Source: Octopus vulgaris | Lineage: Eukaryota | Assembly: GCA_951406725.2 (NCBI GenBank) | Contig: OX597814.1 | Span: 179,614,001 to 179,678,000 of the forward strand | Length of the DNA: 64,000 bases | Reading direction: 5' to 3' | Shown here: in pieces, positions 29,160 to 41,954 of the stretch | How positions within the stretch are numbered: position 1 is the first letter of the stretch | How the letters are laid out: each line of letters starts with the position of its first letter | Notes under the pieces: model-generated | Databases searched by the model: none | What the model saw: the letters and a program-made list of their open reading frames with translations, nothing else | What the model was told of the DNA's origin: nothing | Translations under genes and position numbers: made by a program

Positions 29160-29262
29160 ATTCTCCATTACACGCGTTTCATTTGTAAATAAGAATCACA
29201 AAGATTTGCTTGTTAGATAGTCATGTAATGAATTTTCTATTAAAACTCATCAGATAAAGAAT
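29160..29262 (-). ncRNA. Type I hammerhead ribozyme, with a degenerate inverted copy at 29327-29430 (+)
   Basis: attctttat-CUGAUGA-gttt...aaat-GAAA-cgcgtg-UA^atggagaat; 9-bp stem I with two G-U pairs. Confidence 0.75.
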
Positions 29263-29762
29263 AATTATAATAATAATAATAAGTATTATTATAATAATTA
29301 TAATCAATAATTATAATATTATAATTATTATCTATCTGATGAGTTTCTAATAGGAAATTCTTTACGTCTCTATCTAACGTGTAAATCTTTGTAATTCCTA
29401 TTAACAAAAGGAATGCGTATAATGGAGAATAATTAATTTCACAGGATTTCCACTTGCCTGTTTTATTACAAATTAACTCTGCTAATAGTTTTCCCATAAT
29501 TCTCAATTTTAATACGTATTTCGACTCATATACAGCACAAAACTATGGATACATATTAATTGTAATACTGGAATAAGTAGGTGTGTTTCAAGAGGAAACA
29601 GCGGGGATTTACCCTAACTAACTATATATATAAACGTGCTTGCGTAGGAAGAAGGCACAGGAGTATTTATGTGACAAGAAGCTTGCTTCCCAAACATATA
29701 TTTCCGGGTTCAGTACCACTGAATGTCACTAAAGCCTTCTGGGGGAAACTGAAAAAACCGTC

Positions 29763-29804
<42 letters not shown>

Positions 29805-29810
29805 ATAGGT

Positions 29811-31690
29811 AGATGATGGCTGAGCCCTCGTTACCGAGTGTGTCCATTGCACGAAGCTTAACTGTTATTGGTGCTGTGATCGAATGTGACTTTTTAGCCC
29901 AGCTAAAGATCTACAATGTCTTGTACAGAATTGGCAGCTAAAACCTTTACCAGCAATAGCTGGCTGTAGTTGTAACTGGGCTTTATGTACCTTTGCATGT
30001 CGTTTAAGTACTCCTGCCGAATTACACTCTCTTCCACATTCTTGACAGACATGATTAATATGGCGTGTAACACCACCACCAGTGGCCAGGTTGTCACTTA
30101 ACTTTCTCGCTTTATGACTACGAAGATGACTCTTGAGTCCAGCTTTACTGAGGCAGGGTCTTGCGCAGACACTGCATGTCAGCATTATAGGAAGACCCTT
30201 CCAATCTGGAAGTGTAACAGCGATGCCCTTCCTGACATCCCTCTTTACTTTTTCATGCGCAACTCTTGATTTCTCCAAAGTAGCTGTCCCCTTGTGCATA
30301 ATCCTTCTCCACCTGCTAAGATCAATAGCTATGCCCTCTCATGTGTCAGGAGAGATGCAAGCATCTCTCAAGGAAGCCTTCAGCAAGTCCTTTTACATTT
30401 TTTTTGGTTTATGTGGAAGTCTCGCAGGCATAGAGAAGAGAAGGGAGCACACATGCCTTGTACACCTTTATCATAGTCTTCTGCATATGTCTCGCCGACT
30501 CTAGAGGCGCCTTTCTAGTCTTCCGAAAGCATCACTTGCTTTCCTAATCCTGTATGGAATTTCATCATCATCCACATTGCCATATCTATTAACAATGCTT
30601 CCCAGGTAGACAAACTGATCAACTACATCAAGTCGTTTACCATACACCTAGATGTTTGGTTCAATATACTGCTTACAAGGAGCAGGTTGGTACATGGCAG
30701 TTTTCTTGAGATTGACTGTCAATCCTAAGGCAGTGCAAGCATCAGAGAATGCATTCAAAATGTGTTGCGTATCAGTCTCTGTGCGTTACTAGATCACAAT
30801 CATCTGCATACAAAAGGTCTCTTATGATAGAGGTAAGTAACTTTGTTTTTGCAGCAAAGCGCCTGATATTAAATATGCTGCCAGAGGTCCGATAATGGAT
30901 GTAAATACCATATCTGCAATGCAATACAGAAAACCATCGCAAAATATATGGCAAATAGGGTCGATGCCAGAATATCACACTGTTTCACTCCATTTCTTAT
31001 TGAAATGGGCTCCGACATTTTCCCTCTAACATTCACCCTACCATTCATGTCTTCATGAAAAGACCTAACCAAAGCAAGGAACCTTTCAGCACACCCAAGT
31101 TTCTGGAGAACTTCCCACAATGCTTTTCTTTTAACGGTATCAAAGGCCTTTATCAGATCGACAAACACCTGATACAAATCCAGACCCTGTTCCACACACT
31201 TATCCTGAAGCTGTCTAGCTGAAAAGATCATATCAGCAGTGCCACGTACCACACGAAAGCCAAATTGACTTTCTGGAAGAACACAATCTGCAACGTGTTT
31301 CGACAGACGATCCAGAAGTACCCTGCATAAAACCTTTCTTACGACAGAAAGCAATGATACTTCCTTATAGTTACCACAATCATTCCTGTTGCCCTTTCCC
31401 TTATACAAGACCACCATTACTGTATCTCTCCAGTCCTTAGGTACAGATTCACTAGCTCATATCTTACCAAACAAAGAGTGAAGTTGCTGCAGAAGCTTCT
31501 CACCACCATGATGTAACAACTCCGGATGTATGCCATCCATACCCGGAGACTTCCCATTATTCATACTTGAGACAGCCACTGCAACTTCTTCCAACTTTGG
31601 TGGTTCCGCGAATGCTGCCTTCACGGGTAATGTAGGGATGAGTAAGAACATCCTCACTAATTACAGACTGCTGATTAAAATGTTCATATA
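29811..31690 (-). mobile_element. RTE-clade LINE, same family as 28052-29082; RT domain to 3' end with internal deletion
   Basis: [63 protein letters not shown]; ~250-bp deletion near 30418. Confidence 0.93.
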
Positions 31691-31834
31691 GGTAGATGCA
31701 TACATACATACATACATACTTTCATACATGCATACATGCATACGTACATACATACATACATACATACATACATACATACATACATACATACATACATAAT
31801 ATATATATACATACATATGTGTGTGACGTAGTGT

Positions 31835-32250
31835 ATGTGTTTGTCACCAACCAGTGTTGCTTTTTGCGTCACATAACTTAGCGATTCGGCAAAAGAGACC
31901 TATAGAATAAGTACCAAGTTCAAAAAATAAAAAAAAATCCAGGGGTCGATTCGTTCGACTAAAATTTCAAGGCGGCGCCCTAGCACGGCCACAGTCTACT
32001 GACTGAAGCAAGTGAAAGGTAAAAGCTAATATACGCGTGTATATACTCTTTTGCTTGTTTCAGTCATTTGAGTGCGGCCATGCTGGAGAACCGCCTTTAG
32101 TCGAGCAAATCGACACCAGGACTTATCCTTTGAAAGCCTAGTATATATTCTACTGGTTTCATTTGCCGAACCGCTAAGTTACGGGGACGTAAACGCACCA
32201 GCATCGGTCGTAAAGCGGTGTTGGGGTGACAAACACAGACACACACATAC
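31835..32250. mobile_element. Two SINE family C 3' halves, tail to tail (31835-32025 +, 32045-32250 -)
   Basis: taacttagcg..ttcggcaaa and tgactgaa motifs in opposite orientations. Confidence 0.8.
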
Positions 32251-32264
32251 AGATACATACGTAC

Positions 32265-32327
<63 letters not shown>

Positions 32328-33267
32328 TATGTATGTATATGTATATATTTGTATGTATGTATATACATATTCGTATATATGTATATATACACACACACAT
32401 ATATATGTATGTATATGTATATATATGTATGCATATATATATATATATGTATATATATATGTATATGTATATATATATATAGATATGTATATATATGTAT
32501 AGTTAGGAAAATGAGGAACTCGTTCAATAAATAGCAAAGCTGAAGATCAGAGTGTGAACAGCAATAATTGTAAGTTTAGTAGAATTCACAGACGAAAAAG
32601 ATAATCGATTAAAATTAAAAAGGGAGATATTGAAATTATTCTACTCAACGAGTATTTGTTGATTACTAATTTCAAAAAGTACTTTTAGTTACTTGGTTAC
32701 ATGTGCTACTTATTTGATTTGATAAACTAAAGTAATTGACCATCAGTCTACGAAATATTTAAAGTAAACAATGTCTGGACATAATGCAGATGTGTGATAG
32801 AGGCAGATTAATTGTAATTCAAGATATAATGAAATCACTGAACGATTGCTTGCACATTACAAACTTATACCATTCTCCCTGGCTTATATTGTCTTCATAA
32901 TGTCTCGTATAAATGTGATATGTGCACGTGTGTAAAATCAATAAATATAGCATACGTCTCTCGTTACCTGTTTTGCTGATATAGACTACGAGAAAAGAGC
33001 TGGGCAGTGTTCAATTTTGTTAATACTTTACATTGTAATTTTATAGAATACAATGTATTTTCTGACTGGTGATTTCCAAAGCATCCATAATAACCGTTTA
33101 AACTAACGCTTAGTAATCGTTTTAACTGTATGATATAGCAGCCAATATCATTTAAAGCCGCAAAAAGCCTCTCCTAATTACCTTAAATAAAGGACACATT
33201 AGGCAATTTTTCGATGCTTCTCTTCTTTGTTCTCTTCTAAGGGGACTCATCTGCATCTAAAGAACAT

Positions 33268-33640
33268 CTCTCTTTTACTCTTTTTTATTTGTTTCGGGCA
33301 TGATGCTGTGGCCATGCTGGAGCACCGCCTTTAGTCGAGCAAATCGGCCCCAGGACTTATTCTTTGTAAGCCTAGTACTTATTCTATCGGTCTCTTTTGC
33401 CGAACCGCTAAGTTACGGCGACGTCAACACAACAGCATTGGTTGTCAAGCGATGTTGGTGGTGGGGAGGGGGGCAAACACAGACACACAAACATATACAG
33501 ACACATACATATATAAATATACATATATACGACGGGTTTCTTTCAGTTTCCGTCTACCAAATCCACTCACAAGGCTTTGGTCGGCCCGAGGCTATAGTAG
33601 AAGAGACATGCCGAAGGTGCCACGCAGTGGGACTGAACAT
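33268..33640 (-). mobile_element. SINE family C
   Basis: Reverse-complement match to 11841-12250. Confidence 0.88.
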
Positions 33641-34018
33641 CAACGAGATTAATTAAACAAGCATTACAACAAGATGTCTAACAACAATTATGATCCCTGT
33701 TATTGCTTCATGCTTTTTGTGTTGGATAATATTTCTTATCATCAATTTACCACCAGAGTGATTTAGATTCAAGAACTCTGATCAACAAACGATTTGCCAA
33801 AATGTCGTAATGCCGCGTCCTTCATGCGGCATCAATCTGTACTTAGAGCTAAACAAACTGAAACATTTCACACTTCGGTGTATTACTCACGCTCTCACGT
33901 AATCGCACATAAAGATTTATCTACGTATTTACTCTCTAGCTAGCTATCTTTCTACCTACCTTTCCATCTATCTCACTGTCTGTCTGTGTGTATGTATGTA
34001 TCAAGAGAACTAAACTAT

Positions 34019-34089
<71 letters not shown>

Positions 34090-34558
34090 TGTAGTAGTAG
34101 TTGTTGTTGTTGTTGTTCTAGTAACATCACCTGAGGCTTCGAAAGTCGCTTTTGTTTTATAAACCATTTAGGTGTTTTAAAGTGCCATCGAAAATTTGAT
34201 TAAAAATTAATACTTAAATTAAGCAGCTAAGACTACAAATACCAGCGGCATACATTTAGTCTTTTGGTATTGCGTTATGGGCAGGTATATCAGGGAGAAA
34301 TTGTTCTTTATACATGTTATTTAAAAAGATCGAGAAATGGTTGTTGTATCCTTAAGAATTTCGTTTCGCAACTGAGGTTAGATGCAATAATTTTGCGTAA
34401 AATATTTATTAATGACTTCTACATTAGCTTCGGGTTGACCAATGTATTGTGAGCAAAATTTGCTAGTGCACCGTATTTATATATAGCTGTGTGTGTGTGT
34501 GTGTCTTTGGGCAGGATTCACCAGCGAAATGACAATGTTTTCCTAACGACAGACATTG

Positions 34559-34830
34559 TTGTTTCTTCCTTCTCGAGCCATGCCGGTTTCCCGGTTTCTT
34601 TGGCGTATAGGTTCCCCACCTGTACGGGACGCCGGTCCGTAGCAAGAGGAAAGAGTGAGAGAAAGTTGTGGCGAAAGAGTCAGCAGAAGTTCGCCATTAA
34701 CTTCTGCCGGAGCCGCATGGAGCTTAAGTGTTTCGCTCATAAACACGCACATCGCCCGGTCTGAGATTCGAACCCGCGATCTCACGACCGCGAGTCCGCT
34801 GCTCTAACCACTAGACCATGTGCCTCCACA
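34559..34830 (-). mobile_element. tRNA-derived SINE with a family A-related head and a different tail
   Basis: Head ggaggcacatggtctagtggttagagcagcggactcgcgg; 14-bp TSD aacgacagacattg at 34545-34558 and 34831-34844. Confidence 0.9.
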
Positions 34831-35686
34831 AACGACAGACATTGCGTTAACAATGTCATCTGTAGTAAGTTTCAAATTAACTTTTTCTCATTCTTCCTCT
34901 CAATTTGTATTGAACCTGTAACAGGCTCATTGAAATAATACGACCAACCAAAGGATTATAGCGCACACCAACAGTTAAATGCAAAAACCGAAAGGCGTCA
35001 TCGAAAAGTAAATCTCAGCTTCCCGAGAGCTGAAGACAACCGTACTGCCTTTGTTCTCGCATGAATTACAAAATGAGATAGAATACGGCACTTATTAGAA
35101 CATACAAACTTGTCAAACATGAAATAAACGAAACACTTTGGAGAATTGCAGTTTGTTTTATTAATCGGAGCATCGTTATGCAGAACTGAAATGCTTCCTT
35201 TGCAATCTGAAACAGTTGCTTTCTGAAGATGGTTTGGTTGACACTATAAACAAACTCGAAAGGTTCTGCCACTAAGCATAAACATAAAAGTTAGAAGATA
35301 AACATAACATGGTTATTCATTACGTACTTGTTGACTCCTTTCCGTAAGTAAACGAAGTGCTGTATTTTTACGATCATTATTTTCTTTTTTCGGCAACTAT
35401 GTTGAATTTCTGTTTTATGTTCGACTTCTCTCTCTCTCTCTCATTATATTATTATTTGTCTTTATTTATTACCTCATATAGCTCACGTGAATATACCTAA
35501 CACTAACACTGGTGTTCTGTTAATGTAAAAGCAATATCGTTTATCTTTTGAAAATTGTGTTCAACGTAGATGGTTGAGGTAAATCATTACTCGTCTTGAT
35601 ATTCTAACGTAATTTGTCTGGTACATCACGTCACTATTTACATTATTTACATTCGACAGATATTTGTCCTCATCTTGTTTGTTGTT

Positions 35687-35732
35687 AACACAACGTTTCG
35701 GCTGATATACCCTCCAGCCTTCTTCAGGTGTC
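35687..35732 (-). ncRNA. Minimal type I hammerhead ribozyme
   Basis: gacac-CUGAAGA-a-ggctg-gagggtatat-cagcc-GAAAC-GUU^gtgtt; palindromic aacgtt stem III. Confidence 0.8.
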
Positions 35733-35818
35733 TTGGGGAAATTTCGAACCTGGGTTCTCATTCCTAAGGTATTCTTCGATGTTGCTGTTGTTATTATTAT
35801 TACTTTTATTATTATCAT

Positions 35819-37125
35819 TGAGTGAGAGAGCAGTTCATGCCATCAAAGTGACACTGGGGTAAAATATACGAAGCCCAATATACCCATCACGACTACCTGT
35901 CTGATAAAGGTACACCAGGCACATGCATCACAACCATATGTGCGCAACATGGTGATCTCATATCAAGATAAACAGCACATGACCTTGCAGGTGGGGCCCA
36001 GTTAGAATTTTCTTCAGGTTGAGTAGCCCATCCCGCTCAAAAGGTCCCTGAATAAGGGTTGTTTAAGGATGTTGAAAGAACCACCCATGTTTCCAGAGGT
36101 GAATTATTCAAACTCCAAAGAATCCTTCTCAACACATGGCTATGATGCTCCCCCACTACTTCTGCTCGTGATCAGAGATGCACATATCGTCAGCCACTAA
36201 GGGACATGCTCAACTGGTTAAGGTCAAACAACTGACAAGCAAATCTGTGGTATTGAGCAGAATATTTGCTGTAGCCCATCTTCTCTATTATTAGTATTAT
36301 TATTATTGAGTGAGCGAGCAGAGCATGCCATCAAAGTGACACTGGAGTAAAATATACGAAGCCCAGTATACCCATCATGACTACCCGTCTGATAAGGGTA
36401 CACCAGGCACATGCATCACAACCATATGTGCGCGACATGGTGATTTCATATCAAGACAAACAGCACATGACCTTGCAGGTGGAGCCCAGTTAGAATTTTC
36501 TTCAGTTCGAGTAACCCATCCCGCTCAAAAGGTCCCTGAATAAGGGTTGTTTAAGGACGTTGAACGAAACACCTATGTTTCCAGAGGTGAATTATTCAAA
36601 CTCCAAAGAATCCTTCTCAACACATGGCTATGATGCTCCCCCACTACTTCTGCTCGTGATCAGAGATGCACATATCGTCAGCCACTAAGGGACATGCTCA
36701 ACTGGTTAAGGTCAAACGACTGACAAGCAAATCTGTGGTATTGAGCAGAATATTTGCTGTAGCCCATCTTCTCTATTATTATTATTATTATTGAGTGAGC
36801 GAGCAGAGCATGCCATCAAAGTGACACTGGAGTAAAATATACGAAGCCCAGTATACCCATCATGACTACCCGTCTGATAAGGGTACACCAGGCACATGCA
36901 TCACAACCATATGTGCGCGACATGGTGATCTCATATCAAGACAAACAGCACATGACCTTGCAGGTGGAGCCCAGTTAGAATTTTCTTCAGATCGAGTAAC
37001 CCATCCCGCTCAAAAGGTCCCTGAATAAGGGTTGTTTAAGGACGTTGAACGAAACACCCATGTTTCCAGAGGTGAATTATTCAAACTCCAAAGAATCCTT
37101 CTCAACACATGGCTATGATGCTCCC
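35819..37125 (-). mobile_element. Tandem array of three truncated family D copies (35819-36282, 36308-36771, 36793-37125)
   Basis: Each begins gagtgag.gagcag..catgccatcaaagtgacactgg on + and is separated by (TTA)n. Confidence 0.9.
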
Positions 37126-37164
<39 letters not shown>

Positions 37165-37182
37165 CATTATTATTATTATTAT

Positions 37183-37280
37183 TTAGTAGTTTTATTTTTT
37201 ATAGCGTGCTTTCACTTCACTACCGAGCGCTATGTGCTGTGATTTGTTGTGATACTCTGATGGTTATTGTATGGAAAGTG

Positions 37281-37283
<3 letters not shown>
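37183..37283 (-). mobile_element. R4/Dong 3' end within (TTA)n
   Basis: Matches 19481-19595 with a small deletion. Confidence 0.8.
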
Positions 37284-37357
<74 letters not shown>

Positions 37358-37384
37358 TATTATTATTACTATTATTATTATTAC

Positions 37385-37452
<68 letters not shown>

Positions 37453-37562
37453 TCACTGCTTGGAATCGAACTCGGAATCTTGAGCCCGCGCTCTTAACCA
37501 CTATGCTATATGCCCGTGGGCAGTTATGGAGTGAATTTTAGGGCTTATGAATATAATATTTT

Positions 37563-37983
37563 TCTATCCTTCCATAATAGTGGTTCCCATATGCTGATAA
37601 ACCGACCCCTTATGCCCATAACTTATGGGTATATCCATTCAAAATCGCTAAAACATAGAAATGTGTACGCGATGCGTGCGTAAAGCTAGATACGTCAATA
37701 GACAGCCAGCTGTTATTTGACTGGACGGAGATAATTTTACCCTTGACAGTCTAATGCGCGTGCGCATTTGCAGACAGTCTGTATGGCTCAGCGCATTGTT
37801 TTGGTTTGCGATGACGCGTTATCATGTGCTTTGACTTTCAAACGTGGTCGCATTTTTGATTCGAGAAATGCAGGGAATAATTAATGAGTTAGACCAAGTG
37901 AATGACGAGGGAATGGGATTTTCATGAAAGACCAAATATGGTTGACTAGCACGAGACCCAGTAATGCCGGGTCATAGTGCTAG
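37563..37983 (+). mobile_element. Probable non-autonomous Helitron (3' end clear, 5' end tentative)
   Basis: gacccagtaatgccgggtc hairpin followed by atagtgCTAG|t. Confidence 0.6.
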
Positions 37984-38015
37984 TATATATATATATATAT
38001 ATAAATATATAAGAG

Positions 38016-38072
<57 letters not shown>

Positions 38073-38092
38073 TATATATATCAACTCTTATA

Positions 38093-38130
<38 letters not shown>

Positions 38131-38156
38131 AATATATATATATCAACTCTTATATA

Positions 38157-38245
<89 letters not shown>

Positions 38246-38873
38246 ACTCTTGCGTTCAGACAATTTATTCCTTATACATAAGTGCATTCGTAACACTTTA
38301 TAAGCTTTTGTTTGCTACTCCACTCCCTTAAATATCATACAAAACGAAAATAAAAGGCCCTATACGTTTGAAGGCAGAGAAATGTGTAGTAACGGAATAT
38401 TAGGATTATTCATAATGTCTGCTGGGGAGATTACTTGAGTGCTGCCATTATATGCATATTTATATTTAATTAATTTTTATTTAATTAGCTCGCTGCCGAA
38501 CAGAAATCGAAACTGCATCACAAGCTACAGTTGCCAGAAGCCATACTCTTTTTCTTTAGAGTGCATGACGCACTTAACTCTTAATATAATTTTATTCCAG
38601 TGCTACAGGTGTTTCTGCCTTGAAGCTATTTTAAAGACGAATCATATTTTCGTTGCTTCAAAATGTATTCTTTCATCTAATCGCGTGTATATGAAGCTAC
38701 AGTTTTATATATAATTTCCTTTTTATTTAAACTGTTTTGATTTCTGCCCTCATTCGGCATAATGCTAGTTTTAAGGATGTGCCATTTTGTATAAATGTAC
38801 ATACATATATATTATGTATGTATTATTGGTCATGTATGTATGTATATATGTGTGTATGTATATATGTACGGCA

Positions 38874-38912
<39 letters not shown>

Positions 38913-39144
38913 TGAGAAAGTTGGTATATATATATTTTTTTATTACATGTCTTGAGTTCGTTGCACTGAAGAGCATAGAATGCATATTCTGCATTGATTG
39001 CGAAATCACAGGTGATATGTAACTAAAGTCTGTTTTTAAATGACTTGCTTTGAAGTTTTGCATTCGGTACAATTTGTTTATTTTAGTAGTTTTGACTGCA
39101 AGAGTCCCTCCTAGCGTGCGGTACCTATGAATAATAGTACCCTC

Positions 39145-39233
<89 letters not shown>

Positions 39234-39416
39234 TGTATATTTATTGCACCAGAGAGAAATTATGAAAATGTGGAACCTGAAATTCGGTACTTTCGTCCAA
39301 AACTTACATCAAACATGAACTACGCTTCACCACTTGACTTCTATCTATGCTTTAATTGTATATAACATATACACACAAGATTCACACAGATTTTGTACGT
39401 ACATATGATCAGAAAC

Positions 39417-39458
<42 letters not shown>

Positions 39459-39936
39459 CCTCTGTCATACAGAAAAACACATACAGACGAACACACGAAT
39501 ACACATACACACACACAAATGTGCCACATATATAAATGGACGAACATACGTGTGTGCCTCTACGCATATCTTTAATCTTTTCACCTTTTACTTCTTTCAG
39601 TTATTGTTCTAAAACGCGCTGAGGCACACCTTGAGAAGTTTAGTAAAAACTTTGACACTAGCCTTTATTTTCAAACCTGATAACTATTCTATCGATCTCT
39701 TTTGCCGACCAGGGACGTAAAGAAACCAACAACAGCCGCCAAGCGTTGGTGGGTGACAAACACAGTCACACACATGCAGATAGATATATATTCACACATA
39801 GCTATACACACACATAGTTATACACATATACTTATGTAACAATATATTATCTTATATATATATATAATATATATATATTATATTATATTATATTATATTA
39901 TATTATATTATATTATATTATATATATATATTATAT

Positions 39937-39990
<54 letters not shown>

Positions 39991-40082
39991 TAAATAAAGA
40001 GATACAATTGACAATCCAATAATTTATTATGTTATAATATAACATAATATTCTATGAATATATTATAACATAATTATTAAAA

Positions 40083-40175
40083 AAACCAAAGAAGCTAACA
40101 ATTTGTTTCGACTTATATACATTTTTCGATATATAAACAATTCCCTTATATAAGCCTCATCAGAGCCAATGGTTT
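40083..40175 (-). ncRNA. Type I hammerhead ribozyme with canonical core
   Basis: aaacca-tt-ggct-CUGAUGA-ggcttatata-[27 nt]-tatataagtc-GAAA-caaattg-UU^agct-tctt-tggttt; 10-bp stem II with G10.1-C11.1. Confidence 0.88.
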
Positions 40176-40860
40176 GAAGATAGACGAAATTCCGTGTGAA
40201 AGGACGGCTGAATTGTAAAACAAATGTATTCAAATGTCCATGTATTATGAGCGCGAGCGTTAGCCAGTCAACTGCGTATCAATTACGATAAAAAACAGCA
40301 ACAAAATTATAGCGGACAAAATAATTAAGTCGACTCTACAACTATAGAAATATATTTCTATACAATTCAAATAGTATAAAACCAAACTCCTGTATGTCGA
40401 ACACAAACTTTCGATATTATGATAACATACAGCAATAATATAAAGATGATTAAGTATCCAGAAACTGAAATAAAACGTGTAAAAAATATAAATGATACTT
40501 ATATTTTTAATATAAAATAACTCATCTATTTATTTGAAGTTATTGATATAAAAAAGATTGCTTAAAGTAACAAATAAAGATGTTCTTTATTGTTTATCGG
40601 AGGGAGAATTCCATAATAAATATAAATATATTTGCGATATTTGTATATAAATAGATTTGCGATATTTGTATATTTTCAAGCTTTATGTTATGAATGTACA
40701 AACTTAATACCTGAATTATTTATTTCTCGATTACATATTTTGCTTAAAAATACTATATGCTTCATCATAACTAATTATTTGTTTACTTCAGTGTATTAAT
40801 TTTCATTCTTTGTGTAGATATTACATCGACCCCAATAATCAACTCGTAATTATTTCATCG

Positions 40861-41120
40861 TTGGAGGCGAGTGGCTTAGTGGTTAGGGTGTCAGCATCAT
40901 GATCGTAAGATTGTGGTTTCGATTCCTGGACCGGGCGATGCGTTGTGTTCTTGAGCAAAACACTTCATTTCACGTTGCTCCAGTCCATTCAGCTGGCAAA
41001 AATGAGTAACGCTGCGATGGACTGGTGTCCCATCCAGCTGGGGAACACATACGCCATAGAAACCGGGCCCATGAGCCTGGGTAGGCTTTAAAAGGGCGCA
41101 TTTATTATTTTTTTTGTTTA
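40861..41120 (+). mobile_element. tRNA-derived SINE with V-domain-like core
   Basis: A/B boxes; gcgatggactggtgtcccatccag; 13-bp TSD aattatttcatcg at 40848-40860 and 41121-41133. Confidence 0.88.
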
Positions 41121-41410
41121 AATTATTTCATCGACACCGATGAAATAATTACCAAACTTAACCTGCAAAGACAATTCTGTATATGTACAGTTCATTTCGA
41201 AACGTTAATGCCTTGAGGAATATTGTTAGGTAACGGATATTCTGGAAATTATCCACTGACGCCAGCATGAGTATCCTCCGGAACAGACGAGTTAGTTCAT
41301 TTTCATGGACCAGCCTCTAATCTTCGACAGAACGTCAACTTCTAACTTCTACCAACCACCTTATCTGACTACTAAGAGGTTGTGTGCGCTCGATGACATT
41401 CCAGACGCTA

Positions 41411-41546
41411 AGCGCTCTCCCTCGATCTTCGCTTCACCTAACACAGCGCTCTACCTCGATCTTCGCTTCACCTAACACAGCGCTCTACCTCGATCTTCGC
41501 TTCACCTAACACAGCGCTCTACCTCAATCTTCGCTTCACCTAACAC
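41411..41546. repeat. Minisatellite, 4 x 34 bp
   Basis: agcgctctacctcgatcttcgcttcacctaacac repeated without spacers. Confidence 0.95.
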
Positions 41547-41903
41547 TGCAACCCTGTCAAAGAGATCGGTTGTAGAAACATTGTGTCTCAAAAACCGTAA
41601 CCACACTTTTCTACCGTCATGTCTCATAATTTTCTAATTCTGCGTCATGCTAATTTCTGAGTATTACTACTTTATTTTTAGATCTGGTGGCTTACACATA
41701 TATTTATGTACATCCACATTCAAGTGACTTTCATATTGTCATTAAGTCTATATGTCTTCTTCACAATAATTAGATTATTAATTTACATGTTATGAAATGT
41801 TAATTTCATAACATTTTAATTGTTAATTTAAATGTTATGAAAAAAACGGTTGGTCATGAGAAAATCATGGAAAAATATCTGTGAAATTACTAATATGGTG
41901 TTT

Positions 41904-41954
<51 letters not shown>

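Larger units (their letters stand above)
35633..37517 (-). mobile_element. Composite tRNA-head/(AAT)n/HHR-tail SINE (family E), interrupted by nested insertions
   Basis: Head at 37517-37445 and tail at 35790-35633; the head-(AAT)n-tail junction is seen uninterrupted at 55199-55350. Confidence 0.75.

Noticed and set aside
38490-38545. ctgccga...cgaaactg...cagtt HHR-like string
   Set aside because: Core mismatch and no convincing stem I or II.
41411-41546. 34-bp repeats of CRISPR-like length
   Set aside because: The repeats are contiguous with no spacers, there are no cas genes, and the context is eukaryotic: a minisatellite.
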